A stretch of DNA of 64,000 bases, taken from contig NC_083278.1 in assembly GCF_963506605.1 (NCBI RefSeq), positions 71,548,001 through 71,612,000 of the forward strand, in the 5' to 3' direction. Below, one piece after another: positions 1 to 13,130 of this stretch. The position numbers were made by a program, and so were the translations under genes. The number at the start of each line of letters is the position of its first letter. Within the stretch, counting starts at the first letter, position 1. This DNA comes from Zootoca vivipara (lineage: Eukaryota). The notes beneath the pieces were generated by a model. That model was not told the origin of the DNA and ran no database searches. It worked only from the letters and a program-made list of their open reading frames with translations.

Positions 1-2779
1 CTGTTCAGCACAGCATATGTAAAGGAGAGTCTGTGACTGAGCTGCAAAATGAGCATGAGTTCTAATTTTCAGATATTGTCATTGGTGGTGGGGCCTGAAG
101 AGCCCATTGGCATGATCCCACATTCACTGCATGGGCAGTCCGCTCTGGTCTCATCCCTCCTTCTGAATCTACAAGGTGGAATTGATTTTTCTCATTGGAC
201 AGAAGAGGAGGAACACAGATAACTCACCTTCATTGTGGACTCTCGTTGTTGCTTTGCATATATTCTAAGGATTAAAAAACCCAAAAGCCCCTTGTCATGT
301 CCGACCTGCCTCAACACAGGCTATAACCCTGAAGAGCCATTTTGGTGTAGCTGTGGTTGAAGACGTTCCATATCTGTTCATTCTGTGGTTATGCAAAGTG
401 TTTGGCTGCCTCGAGGGCTCAGGATGTGAATTCGGATCATCTGTTAATTAATTCACAGCTAATTCACTGCAGAAATTGTTGACTCCAACAGTTAGGGGGT
501 GATGTTTCTGCCTGGTGAGCACAATCTTGCCGGTTGGAACTCTGCACAATGAAGAGCTTTTAATAATGTCTATTTTTCCATTCTCCGTATTTAGAAATAT
601 GCCTATGGCCAATTCTTTAAACAATCTCCTTTAAACATATTGGATTAGAACCTTATCCACTCCAAATACTGACAAAGTGGATTGTTTATTCTTTTATTCT
701 GGTTCTCATTATTTGCCTTCTATTTTGCCTTGGGTGAGAACGAAATGGTCTTTTGTCATCTTCTTGGAGCTGTTTTCAATCGCACGCGTTTCCATAATGG
801 CCAGAAGATTCTGAAGCACCTGATCTCTTCCTAAACCTCAGCTAAAAGGCTAACATTTTACAAGAAGTTTCAGGGGAAACCTATTGCCTTCAGCAGAATT
901 CACATTAGGTATTTGGCTATTGATATTCAGCTATGTCCAACTCCAAGAGAAAAGCTCAAGTCCCATGCGGAGAACAATTCCCCTTTGAGGGGGAAGGACT
1001 CTTAGGGAAGAAGCCATAGATCAAGCAGTAGTGTACATGTTTTGAAGTCTCAGGCATAGCTGACAACTGCATCTCCAGGTAACAGGGCTATGAGAGGCTG
1101 CTGAGTTACATCCTTTAGACAGCCTGCCTTAATATGTGACAGTTCCATAAGTTCAGCCACTTCTTCAGTTTACTACATTTTAAATTCACAATTATAAGTG
1201 GCCAGTGCTTTAGTAGTAGAAGCTGCCAAAAAGGAGTGAATGCATATGTGCTAACATTTGCAAGCAACAAGAGCACCTTTTTGATTTTCAGCCTGAGAAT
1301 CTCTCATATATGTTTCCATTTTGAAAATTAAGGCACATCTGAAATCTCTCCCTCTCCCTCCTCCCCCCAAGATTCTTCTTTCGCATATTAATATTGTCAG
1401 TGTGGGAGATAATGCAGAAGAAAAACTGAATCGGCATTCCGAGCAAGGAAGATCCTGATCTTTCTTGGAATGTAAACATCGCTACAGTTGCATCGCTCCA
1501 CTATTCTGCCGAGTTTCCTTCAAGCACACAGACACAAAAATGATGGCGAATCGCATTTGTGCCAAATGATTTAATTGGAAACATAGTTGTGGTACATTTA
1601 ATTAGTGCTGTTCTCCATCTGAAACAGTCTCCATTTCTTTCCTTTTTCAAAAGGAAAGTGTTTCTATGTAAACACTGAGTGCCAATCCCAAAACTTCTAT
1701 TTTGCTTCTTTGCCTCCAAATACAATTAAATCAAGTATGCTATAGTCTGGTTAATTTGCATGCATATGCTGGCCTTTTCATTAGAATAGCTTTATGTTAC
1801 TCTTACATAACACACTTTCCTTTTCACTCTTTCCCTTGTATTACAGAGGCTTTCTGTGCATATGTATCTATCCATCTGCCCAGCCACATCCTAAGGGACC
1901 CAGGGAGAGAGACAGAGACAGAGGGAGAGGGAGAGAATCTGTTTTATGTCTGTGCAAGTTGTTCCACATCTTCTCTTCCTGGTCCCGCAGTGTAACTGAA
2001 AACCTATTAATTTATGTTCTGCAGCATGTATTCCGATCCACACTAATTAAGAATGCCCTTCTCCTCATCCTTGACCACATGCCTGCAGGGCTATAGAAGC
2101 GGAAGCAATGAGGTTCGTTTCTTTGGCACATCACTCCCTTTCTCTGAGGTTCTCTGCACATTTGGGACCCTCTGTGGTTATCTCAACAATTTTGACAGGG
2201 ATGTTTGTGGGCAGAGTTTCATAGCTTGAAGGTGACAAAATGAGTAAAAAATAAATCTGTCACAAATATTTTAAAGTAAGCTGTAAACGATCCATTTTAT
2301 AATTACGTTTTCCTTAACAGAAGAATTTTCCAGTAACAGCTAAATTGATCTTTAGCAACCTTTTCCTCCCCTTTCCCCTTTTTCAGGCGGTCAAGGGTTT
2401 TCATGTGGCTGAATTATACATGTAAGCTTGCTCGAAGGCCCTTTTAAAATGGAAAACGTCATTTGGGGAGGGGCCACTGAGATCAGAGAAACAGCAGTGG
2501 AGAGAAGAAGCAGATAATAGATGAGATTCTAGCGCAGAAGGTGTTGCCAGTGAGATGGGGAGCCAGGTACCAGCCAAGGCCACAAGAATTATATAAATCC
2601 TCTAAGGAGCCATCCTAGATCTCATAGTCATTTATTCTCCTTACTTGAGATGACACATTCTTACCATTTATATATTTATTTGAAAGCTTATAGAATGGGC
2701 TAGCAGTGAGGCTCTCTAGAACTTTAGTCAGATTGTACATGAACGGACTGGGGAGAGGCAGAAGGTTCAATCCCCAGCG

Positions 2780-3021
2780 CAGTGGAACTTCTGGTTATGT
2801 AACATCCTCCTTACAAATGCTTCGGGTAATGAGCTCCGTTAACCTGGAAGTAGATGCTCCTGGTAGAGAACTTTGCCCCGGGATGCAAGTGGAAGTCACA
2901 CATTGGTGGCGCGGCGGCAGTAGGAGGTCCCATTAGCGAAAGCGCGCCTCATGTTAAGAATGGTTTCGGCTTAAGAATGGACCTCTGGAACGAATTAAGT
3001 TTGTAACCGGAGGTTCCACTG
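2780..3021. mobile_element. Tigger/pogo-like MITE inserted in a Squam3-like SINE
   Basis: TIRs CAGTGGAACTTC / GAGGTTCCACTG. SINE B-box GGTTCAATCCCC lies to the left and the SINE body at about 3150-3235 to the right. Confidence 0.7.
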
Positions 3022-3044
3022 TACAGTATCTTGAATTTTTAAGA

Positions 3045-3118
3045 AGGAGGGAAGGAAGGAAGGAAGGAAGGAAGGAAGGAAGGAAGGAAGGAAGGAAGGA
3101 AGGAAGGAAGGAAGGAAG
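3045..3118. repeat. (GGAA)n microsatellite
   Basis: Direct reading. Confidence 0.95.
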
Positions 3119-3543
3119 GTAGTAGGTGAAGGAAGGAAGGTAGTAGGTGAAAGAGACTCCAGAAAGCTGCTGCCAGTCAGAGTAGACAACACTGGAGTGG
3201 ATGGAGTCTGACCTGGTACAAGGCAACTTCCTACCTGCTCAAATAGCTCACTTGGTAGAGCATAATAATAAAAAAATCCTTCCAGTAGCACCTTAGAGAC
3301 CAACTAAGTTTGTCATTGCTACGAGCTTTTGTGTGCAAGTATACTCCAATGAAAATAGGGACATCCTAAGGAATGGAGGGAGTGGGACATTCCGGGATCA
3401 AATCAGAAACCAGGACAGCTTCTGTAAATCCAGGACTGTCCCTGGAAAATAGGGACATTTTGTGCCTATATATATCTGTCCATAATCAGAACATACTTTT
3501 CTTCTGAGTTGGGATCCTGTGATGCTTGAGGATGCAACTAGAT

Positions 3544-3679
3544 CAGGCATCCCCAAACTGTGGCCCTCCAGATGTTTTGGCCTACAACTCCCATGATCCC
3601 TAGCTAACAGGACCAGTGGTCGGGGAAGATGGGAATTGTAGTCCAAAACATCTGGAGGGCCGAAGTTTGGGGGTGCCTG
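3544..3679. mobile_element. Palindromic hAT (Charlie-like) MITE, about 135 bp
   Basis: CAGGCATCCCCAAACT...AGTTTGGGGGTGCCTG; 8-bp TSD aactagat/aaatagat. Confidence 0.85.
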
Positions 3680-4827
3680 AAATAGATGGTAAGAGAGGCC
3701 CAGTTGGATATTTTAGTTGGGCTTAATAGTTTATAACATACAAAAAAAGACAAAGTTGTTTCGTACAAAACAGCAGCATCAAAACAGTAATATTTTCAGC
3801 AGGCCGAATAAACTACACAACTACTCAAAGCAAACTTAGACCACAAAAAGAAACAGACTCAGGTGGAAAAAGCTGGAACCTAAAACCTGAAAAACGATCT
3901 GGGGGAAAAGGCACTGCAAGAAGACATATTTCATTTTCAGAGAAGGACACTTTGGGAGTAAACATGCTTCATACCTTCCCAGAATCACTACAGAGAGAAG
4001 GGATGAGGGAAAGGATGAAAAAGAACAGGAGTTGTTCTATGTAAATACCTCAAATGTTCTCTGAGCAAGTTTGTATAAGTTTGCAAAATTAAATGATTGC
4101 AGGTTTTGTGTTCTGCTTACTAGTCCCTTCTTTCTTCATTGGCCTCAGTAAATTCTCACTTCAAATTAGTCCTAGTGCTTCCGCAAAGTTTTCCCCCCTT
4201 AAGCAAAATAAATGTTTTTCCCCATTCTAACTTATATCAACATTTCAGTAGGCATGCTTTCATTTAAAAAACACCTTTTGCCTTTCAACTAAATGAGCAC
4301 AGAATTAATCCCCCAAAGTGTCGCCATTTTGTGTGCATAGCTTGTGTTCCCAGATCTTGTCATGACCATGGTGAGTCCTTGAAGAAGCTGGGCTTGAACT
4401 AAATGTCTTTTACTTCAGAAGGGAGCACACTTGCCGCTGGGCCACACAAGTGTCCATTTGGCCTAGAAATCCATTCTATATGGATCAAATGTCAGATATC
4501 CACACTCAACTTGTCTTAAATAACTTCTATGGAGTTCCACACAGGAGTCCAACTGACTCAAATAAAGTATTTGACATGTGGAAGACTTGCTTGATCAAGT
4601 CAATGATATCTGATATTGGAAATTTTGTTTTATAAGCCCATAGCAGATTTTTTTTCCCCCATGGCTTGGCTTTGAGAATAATTGAAAAAGTGCTCAGCAA
4701 TTATTTTAAAAAGCTCTCACAAAAGGAAAAAGCACAGCTGTTCAATAAAAAAAATGATTGGCAATTTTGAAGTGTTCTATAATTTACATTTTAGCAGAAT
4801 TTCCTAAGGCAAACAAACAACATTTTC

Positions 4828-4828
<1 letters not shown>

Positions 4829-4871
<43 letters not shown>
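4829..4871. repeat. (TAT)n microsatellite
   Basis: Direct reading. Confidence 0.95.
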
Positions 4872-4872
<1 letters not shown>

Positions 4873-5285
4873 CTGTGCCAAGCATGTGTTTCCATCATCT
4901 CAGTTCAAGCACAACATGCTTTTTGGGCAAGGATGCAGATGAAAAATCCGAAACAAAACCCAAAGCAAGTTCAGTCCTTGATATCACGAAACTGAAAAGT
5001 TAACTTACATTTGACCTGTTATTTTATCAACTTTGGGGCACCTGAAATGGATGCAAAAAGCCAGTGGCAGAGCAGAGTTTAAGATACAAGAATGAACAGT
5101 ATCAGAGTCCATTGAAGGCATTTGTGTGCCAGGCCCTGGAATGTGTGAATGCCGCCAACAATAATCTTTACAAAAAATTGTTGTATTTCTATTCCGTTAA
5201 GGAAAAATATGTATAAACCATTAAAGCAGCCAATGCTTTGAATTAAATAGCTGGAGCTAATCTTCAGCCCAGGTATAGCATGTTA

Positions 5286-5517
5286 CCGTGTTTCTCATAT
5301 TATAAGACACGTCTTATATTTATTTTTTCCTCAAAAAAACACATTATGGCTTATTTTCAAGGGATGTCTTATTTTTTTCCTCCTCCTGCCGCGGCTGGCA
5401 TTGCTGCTGCGCCTATCACTATGTCTTATTTTCAGGGTATGGCTTATATTCCTTGAATGCTTAAAAATCCTGCTATGGCTTATTTTATGGGTATGTCTTA
5501 AAATATGAGAAACAGGG
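5286..5517. mobile_element. Tc1/mariner-superfamily MITE
   Basis: TIRs CCGTGTTTCTCATATT(A)TAAGACA / TGTCTTAAAATATGAGAAACAGGG, flanked by TA. Confidence 0.8.
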
Positions 5518-6411
5518 TATTTCAAGCACTGACTGAATACCACTCCTGAAATATTGGCCCGCTATTTTCAGCTTGTATCGTAATAATGGTGGGCAGTCCT
5601 TTTGCATGCCTAAGAAGAACCGCTAGTCCATCTCTGTGGGAAATAATGGAGTTAGTAACAGGACACACATTGTTTGCAGCCTTCTGTTGGCTGTTTTAAA
5701 ATTCCACTTTGGAAACTGGAAAGAATATTTATTGGGATATAGGCTGCTGTGTGTATGTGCATATACAATTCATCTGTGGAAGGTATGCATGTGCTCGTTC
5801 CTCCTGGTGGCTTCACATCTCTGCTCTTATAAAACCGTCAGTTTTTCTATTGAAGACCTGCCTGTTTTCCTAGAATTTCTCCGGAATGTTCCTCAGTGGT
5901 TGCATTTATTGTTGAGAAGGAATATGTGCTACATTTGGTTATATGCTGCAATCGGGGTTTTTTCCCCCTGTGGGTTTGCTTTTGAATTACAGTGTGCTTT
6001 TAAAGTATTAAAGGGAGCTCTGGTTTGAAGCTAATTCTGAAATAAGGCCACCAGGTGTGAAGGGGCCCATATGGCAGCTTGCAGGACTCCTGTCTTGACA
6101 GATGGAGTGGGAACCAAGGCAAGCAGGAATGTGATGGGCTACTGTACTTCTCCTGGCAACAGAGCCTTTGTTGCTTCCTGTGGGTGAGACTTAAGTCCTC
6201 GAAGAACTTCAACATTTCTGTCCTTTTCTACTGAAGACAAGGGGACACCTGCAAGGTGGTCACTCAGAAATAGGAAACCAGATTGCTAATGTCCTGTTGC
6301 CAGATCTGTTCCACCATTTGGTGCTACCCATTGCTATGGACTGAAACTACTCTTCTACCAAACCAGTTTGCAAAGTACATGCCTGCTAATATCCTCCCTG
6401 CTTCATCAGTG

Positions 6412-6653
6412 CAGTGGAACCTCGGTTGTCGAACATAATCCATTCTGGAAGACAGTTCAACTTCTGAAACGTTCGACAACTGAGGCACAAAGGCTTGGCT
6501 GCAAAGTCAGTGGAGAAAATTGGGGGGAAACGCAGAGGAAGCTGTTTGACTTCCAAGGCATGTTCAAAAGCAGAAGCAGTTTCCTCTGGGTTTTCGGCAT
6601 TTGAAAACCAAAACGTTCAGCTTCTGAGACACTTGAAAACCGAGGTACCACTG
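6412..6653. mobile_element. Tigger-like MITE
   Basis: CAGTGGAACCTCGGTT...AACCGAGGTACCACTG|TA. Confidence 0.8.
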
Positions 6654-6856
6654 TATTAACTTCTGGGTTTTAGGAGCTGAGGGGGTAGAACCTGGAAAAT
6701 TCCCAGTTCAATCACTCTGTTTCATCTGAATTGGGCAAAGTGATCCAGGTGCTAGCCTAGTGCTTGGAAGTGGTGGCAGGCTGGGTGTGAAACAATAGTT
6801 TTTATTTAAATTTATATACTGCCCTTCATCCAAAAAAACACAGGGTGATTTATAAC

Positions 6857-6968
6857 ATACCCCTAAACATTATGTGAATCTAAGTTTGGCCTCATTGAGG
6901 GGCAGTATTTCAATATGAGTAGGAAAATGAGAGTACCCCTAAACATTTTTTAGGGGAAAAAGCACTGC
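6857..6968. mobile_element. hAT-like MITE fragment (same family as 13645-13760)
   Basis: About 75 bp nearly identical to 13682-13755; ends AAAAAGCACTG. Confidence 0.7.
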
Positions 6969-7527
6969 ATAATATAATAATGAAACCATAAACAATACCC
7001 CCCCCAAAAGAAACACATTTACAAGTTACGTTTTCACCTGGCATATCTTTACATATCTTTAGGTGCCAAGGGAGAGCATTCCACAAACAAGGAGCCGCTC
7101 CAGAAAGTTCTCAACTCAAGGTAACTCTTCCAGGTTAGCGGAGTTTGTAACCTGAAGCATTTGTAACCTGAGGCGTTTGTAACTCGAGGTGCCACTGTAA
7201 ATCTTTTCTTCCTGACATGTATGCTGCCCATGTACAAACCAAATAGAAAAGGGTGCATGGGAGGAGCTGAACTTTATCCCATCCTGAATGGAGCTCACAG
7301 TAACTCATACGTCAAGAATCCACGAGGCAAAACTGTAATGTTTACATGTTTATTGCCCAATCCAGATTCAGGTAGTGGAGCGACATATGTGACTCTTAAT
7401 TGATGCAATCTCAGCTCCCCATGAATATAAAATGAAAATGGTAACAGCAACCTACTACAAAGGTTTCTTGTGATACTTGAAGCTGGTAAAAATGGTTAAC
7501 TCAACCTTTCTCTTTTTGTTTGATATA

Positions 7528-7770
7528 CAGTGGTACCTCTACTTACGAATTTAATGTGTTCCGAACGCACATTCGTAAGTAGAAAAAATTTGTAAGTTGA
7601 ATCCCATAGGAATGCATTGGGAGAAAAAAATCGTAAGTCGAAGCAACCCTATCTAAAAATTTGTAAGTAGAAAAAATCCTATCTAAACTGCATCCAAGAT
7701 GGCGGACGGAGCTCCATTCGTAAGTAGAAACATTCGTAAGTAGAGTTATTCGTAAGTAGAGGTACCACTA
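7528..7770. mobile_element. Tigger-like MITE
   Basis: TA|CAGTGGTACCTCTACTTACGAAT...TTCGTAAGTAGAGGTACCACT; internal TCGTAAGTAGA repeats. Confidence 0.85.
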
Positions 7771-9214
7771 TATTGACAATGTCTCGTAGACAAACTATGA
7801 GTTGACAAGCCTCTTTTTATACTGTACGCCAATTTGGCTAGCTCCTCTGCATTTGTTTCATAATGTAAACTTTCATACAGTGAAATGAAAATGGATGTGT
7901 GTGTGTGGGGGGGGGGGAATTCCATCACTCAAGTTTCCGAACAGTGACCTTCAAAAATATATATGTAATAATTGTGTATTGGCAAAGGTGCTCTGAGAAA
8001 GTTGTTTCTTCTATAATTCTGTGTTAGCGCTATCCAAAGTTTCAAAATTTTTAACAAGGATTACGCTACACTGAATTTGTTGTCCCAAATGACCATTAAG
8101 AATGATGGCGGTTAGTACTCTACAATCTGAGAGTATGTGATAATGACTAATACTTGTCATATATCCAAAATTATGTGGGCCAAACATTTGTACACTAACC
8201 AATTTGGCAAGCATTTCCAATAGTAATAACTTTTGCAGTGCCAAGAAACAGGATTACTGTATTCAGAATGTTGTACTTTAAGAACACTATGCTTGCATTA
8301 TCAGTTCCTATCCGCTTTGTCATAAACTGTGCATTTGGAGTTCTCTAATGTCATGAGGGACAATTAAGAGCACAGCAAAGAAAAGCATATTAATGATTTC
8401 CAATGGTGACAGGTCTACACGTTGTCCTGATTTTTTCAGGCTCCCTCTCTGTGTGCCAAGATTTTTAGCATTGTAATATATTTTAACAAATATATTCTCA
8501 AACACAACATACTTAAGTATTGTCTGTTTAGGTTTTAGGTAACAGTGCTGTTTCAGCTGTTGAGCATTGCTATTCTTGGTCACATCTGGAACATCTGCAG
8601 AGCGAGTTCCAATGGTTAGAAGATTGCTCATAGTAGAACACTCATTCATTAAAAGAAGCAGATAGCTGGACATGTGACCACTTCTAGCTCCTTTCAGATG
8701 ATCAGTCTAGAGTAACAGGGCTTTCATTTTTATTGTTGAAGCTGAACAAGACTGGCTCTAGAACAGGACAGGTGGGAGACTACCTGTTAGCCATTTGTGC
8801 TCTCCTAGTGACTGTGCAGGTAGAACCAGCTGTACTATTGGCTGCTGAGTCTTTTCAGGATCAGGTCCATGGCAGTTTTGGTTCTATGGTAGAGTCAGAA
8901 ACAAAGTTTCTGAAAGAAAACAACTTGCTTTGTGGTACAATGAATCCTGTGCAGAGATCGCTGGGAGGCCAAGCCCAGTGAGGCCCAGGCAGCCACTTTA
9001 GTCTTTGGTGTAGCTCAATTCAGCTTAGTGGGGCAAGAATCATGCATCTTCCTATCCTATGCTAATGGAGAAATTGTTTTGCTTTATCTGGATTTGTGGA
9101 TTTTTGCAGGGTGGCAGCCAACTCCTGGCTAACCAATATACGTTTCGAAAGCATAAAATTTTTCTGTGTCGGGCTGAGATTAGTTTCCGATAGTGCATGG
9201 AGTATACTGTAGTG

Positions 9215-9350
9215 CAGTCATCCCCAAACTTGGCCCTCCAGTTGTTTTGGGACTACAATTCCCATCATCCCTGACCACTGGTCCTGTTAGCTAGGGATGG
9301 TGGGAGTTGTAGTCCCCAAACAGCTGGAGGGCTGAGTTTGGGGATGCCTG
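9215..9350. mobile_element. Palindromic hAT MITE, about 135 bp
   Basis: Same family as 3544; perfect 8-bp TSD CTGTAGTG. Confidence 0.88.
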
Positions 9351-9366
9351 CTGTAGTGGATCATGA

Positions 9367-9493
9367 GGTTAGCACGGTTGGTTGGAACATGGTGCTGAAA
9401 ACCAAAAGGTCGCAGGTTCGATCCCCATTTAGGGACAGCTTCCTATCCCTGCATGGCAGGGTCCCCTTCCAGCTCTACAATTCTCTGATTCTA
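9367..9493 (+). mobile_element. tRNA(Ile)-derived SINE with CR1-like tail
   Basis: Degenerate A box, B box GGTTCGATCCCC, then CCCCTTCCAGCTCTACAATTCTCTGATTCTA. Confidence 0.65.
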
Positions 9494-10171
9494 GGTCTGG
9501 CTAAATGGATTCTGATAAATGTGCATAACTGAGAGCAGTTTTCATATTGTGAACAACAAACATTAGTCATAGAGAGAAGGAGAGAACTGTGTGTGTGTGT
9601 GTAGCTGCCATTCTGATGCCAGTGTCGCTGCTGCTTACCAGGGTCAGACTACCGGTATGGGAACACACCAGCAAAAGCGCTATCCTAGTTCTGCCAGTAC
9701 ACCCAGACAGCCTGAACCTTACCACAGCCCAGCTAGCGTCAGCAATGCCTGTGCCATAAAGGGCAGCTTTATGGCACCCATGCCAGCTTCTGAGCATCTG
9801 TTCAGAAAAGATGAGCCTAGAGAAGAAATCCACCCATTTTGCAGATGCTGATAAAAACAACTAAAGCTCTTAATCTTCTGAGCACTGAAAAATAAATAAA
9901 GGAAATACTGTCCACCACGAATGTCTCCAGTTGCTTCCAAATGAATGGGGTTCCACGGGAGGATAATTGTGGCATTGGTCAGTCCTTGCTGGAGATATAA
10001 TAGGATCAAAGTGAATTCCATTCCTACCAGTTCGGGCTGCTTAAGATCATATGTTTGGTTTCAGCAATGAATTCCAAAAGAGGGGTTTCTTGGGTTTGGT
10101 TGGTTGTGGTATATATATATATTAAGCTATGTAAAAGTAAAGAGAACACTTTGAATAAAACCTTTTTACAG

Positions 10172-10177
10172 TTTATT
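10172..10177 (-). terminator. THBS2: Likely main polyadenylation signal AATAAA (another at 10542-10547)
   Basis: Minus strand reads CAATAAACTGTAAAAAGGTTTTATTC followed by GT/T-rich sequence. Confidence 0.7.
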
Positions 10178-10351
10178 GTCTATTAATAAAATGTATAAAA
10201 ATGAAGATTTGAATAACTGAGGGACATTAAATGGTGAAATTCTATCCGTGCAAACAAATAAATAGTTATTTACAGTCTTTGGCAAAACAGAATGTTAAGT
10301 CTTGTTGGCATCTTGTGCTTATCCACATATATTCTTTCTCCCCTCCCCACC

Positions 10352-10353
<2 letters not shown>

Positions 10354-10424
<71 letters not shown>

Positions 10425-10440
10425 CACTCACACTCACACA
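10354..10440. repeat. Compound (CT)n(CA)n microsatellite in the 3'UTR
   Basis: Direct reading. Confidence 0.95.
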
Positions 10441-11566
10441 TACAAAGGAAAAAGGAAACAGTCATAAATAATTTACATAGTATAGGCAAATATGGTACAA
10501 TCGAAATATTAACATCTTAGTCCCATCACTGATGTCTTCTTTTTATTTGAAGGATATATAAGCATTATTACATGAATGAAATTTCCCTCACTTCTCTCTG
10601 GGACTTGGGGCTACACTTTTAGAAATACTAAAAATAGGAATTGCAAAACAAACAAAAAACACCTCTGAACAAGCCTTAAAAAAATCTCATGAAGAGGCCT
10701 TTAAAAAGGTTGTTAATATGGCAAAACTAAGAATGTGCAATAAAGCCAGAAACACTGGATACTTGATAAAGGTATATAACATCAAAATCTATTTAGAAAT
10801 TTGTTTGAAAACAGCTGACATTTGCTCACTGTATTCTCAAAGGCAGGAGATTGTTATCCCAAGCACAAGCCTGGCTGTGAGAGCAGCAGCTGAGGTGCTA
10901 ATGTAGCCCTGAGCTTGAATTGCATCCTTTTGCATCCATGAAGATGCTTTGACAACTGTGTGACTGGAAGTCCTCATATGTGGCTGAATTCTTTTCCCAC
11001 AGTCCTTCTTGAGATATCCAAATGTCTATCCCTGGCTGGGTGCAAAATCTTGCACGCGATTCCTCAGCCTCACCAAGCAGCCAGGGCTTTAATGTGGATT
11101 CCCACATGGCAGCTGTTTGTGACAGCGAATGGATTCTGCCCCTTCCTGACTCCAGCCCAACAGCTGATTGGCAGGTTTCTAGATTATTTTACACAGCTGC
11201 ACATGCACAGCCCTTATGAGCGCATGCGCTCTCTTCAATCAAAACCACACCAGCAAGTTTACCTCATGGGCAAAGTTCATTCCACTTAAAATAACAAAAA
11301 AGAGTGTTAAATATGTGCATACTATTGTATAATGGAATAACAGTTGTATCTGGTTAGGATAAAGGCTGACATACCTTCAGCATTCTTTTCTTTACAAGTC
11401 CTATATACAGGAGACATACGTTTTAAAAAAAATACAAAAATGGTGGGCAATAGTAAATATCAAGGTTCCACTTAGAAGGTCTCGATGGCTACTTAATTAT
11501 TTGGCAATTCAGAGCAATTTAAGATTATTGTGACATATAATTACATATATAACTTATATCTCTCTT

Positions 11567-11770
11567 TGGCCAAGTAAGATTGTCTTCCATAAACACCGTT
11601 TTAACAATGGGTACGTAAGTGACTGTGGAGGCCAATTCTGGATCCACACGTCCTTCCACAAGGGGGGGGGGCATTGGTTTCCAGGCAGGAGTTAGTTGAT
11701 CACGGTGTGGATTTGCCAAGAGTGCCTTCCTCTTAGCACATTTCTCAATTGTGTCCTGAGATAGAGTGTC
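11567..11770 (-). mobile_element. RTE-clade LINE 3' fragment inside the THBS2 3'UTR
   Basis: Close match to 62865-63055, which encodes an RTE-type C-terminus. Confidence 0.85.
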
Positions 11771-13130
11771 TTATATATTCACTGGTTGGACCATTAAAGG
11801 CATTATGTAGTCACCTCTTCTGCGAGTTCTTCCATGGCTAATGTGCTCTATGACAGTATGACATGCTTTCAAATAAATTACTGGAGAACGTAGCTGCACA
11901 TAGCAATAAATAAATAGCACAGGCGTCCTTATAACTGGAACCATAATATGTAACCAGATTTTGTTAATGGTAGCATTGCCACCTTATCAGAAACCCGGAT
12001 CAAAGTTTGGGGTTTCAAAGTGCTTGCTGCGACAGCGTCAGGAAAAATGTTTCACCTGGCCAGGAACTATTTTCATGGGACACCTTAGGCACGCTGCTGT
12101 TCATAGGTCAATTAGTGCACATTTAAGTTCTCACCACTGCTTACCTTCCTAGACAAAATTCAAGGGGCTGATTATACACTTTATATGACAGCCACATTTT
12201 CTACTTTCCCACCCTCTGGGTTATAAGCAACTAAGTTTTACTCAGAGTTGACCCACTACAATGAATTAGCCGTGTCCATCTATTAGAGCAGAATGTCTGC
12301 TCTGACTGTGACTATTAGGATGCATCGCTATGGCTCCCAATGAGCACTCATGGGTAAAATGTATCTAAACACAGTGGCCAAGCAGCAGGCATCCTCCCAT
12401 AAAACTTTTCATAGTACACTGCATGGTATACAATGATATGCTGAGTGTGTCTTTGAGGCAAAGGGTGAATTCATATGGAAAAGGGGTCATCAAGTAGTTG
12501 AACCCATTTTATAAAAAGGAGCACCTACAAGCTTTGGCTGACATTCACATTGTGCGGCCATTGCCTTAGTTTTCCATGGCTTCTTAAATGAGTAGGATAT
12601 TTAGGGTTTGGTCCTTCTCAGGTTTGCTGAACTATATCTCCCAGATTTTGTGTCACCAAGGCCCAGCCCTGATCTGAGCAAGTAATGTGGCCTGAAGAAG
12701 TGGTCATACTTACAGCCACTTCCTCCCTCTTGATGTAAGAATACCACCCCTCACATTCTTCCATAGCTATATCCATATAAATACATTAAGAAATTACACT
12801 TTATATGTAAACGTCATTTAAAAAAACAACAGCCAACAACCCTAAACAAATGAGTGAACAAATATGTCTGCCAAGTTTTCACTCTATACGTCCATCTATT
12901 TTTGCTTCCGTGGTGGGTTTGATGGTCACATTTAGGCCCTGTCAGTCCAAGCTCTTAGAAGGCACCGGGGTGTAGAATTGGAGGGATCTCTCCTGGCTGC
13001 AGGGAGGCACAAGGTCAGAGGAACATGCCAGAGTTGGAAAATAAGTGAGGGATTTGGAGTACCAGGATGAACAGAGGTGTCTAGTTGAACAGCATCTACA
13101 GTACTTTGCTGGTTTTGCAGCAGCTTTACC

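Larger units (their letters stand above)
10155..13130 (-). other. THBS2: THBS2 3'UTR (about 3 kb)
   Basis: AU-rich distal part with ARE and Pumilio-type motifs, ending after AATAAA. Confidence 0.7.

Noticed and set aside
7528-7770. CRISPR-like spaced repeats (TCGTAAGTAGA)
   Set aside because: These are subterminal repeats of a TIR element in a eukaryotic genome, with irregular spacing and no cas genes.
9367-9430. tRNA-Ile gene
   Set aside because: Stems and anticodon arm are degenerate and a CR1-like tail follows, so this is a SINE head.
1-10100. A second gene downstream of THBS2
   Set aside because: I saw no exon-like ORFs with recognisable homology or consistent splice structure, only repeats and unique non-coding DNA. 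A lncRNA cannot be excluded.
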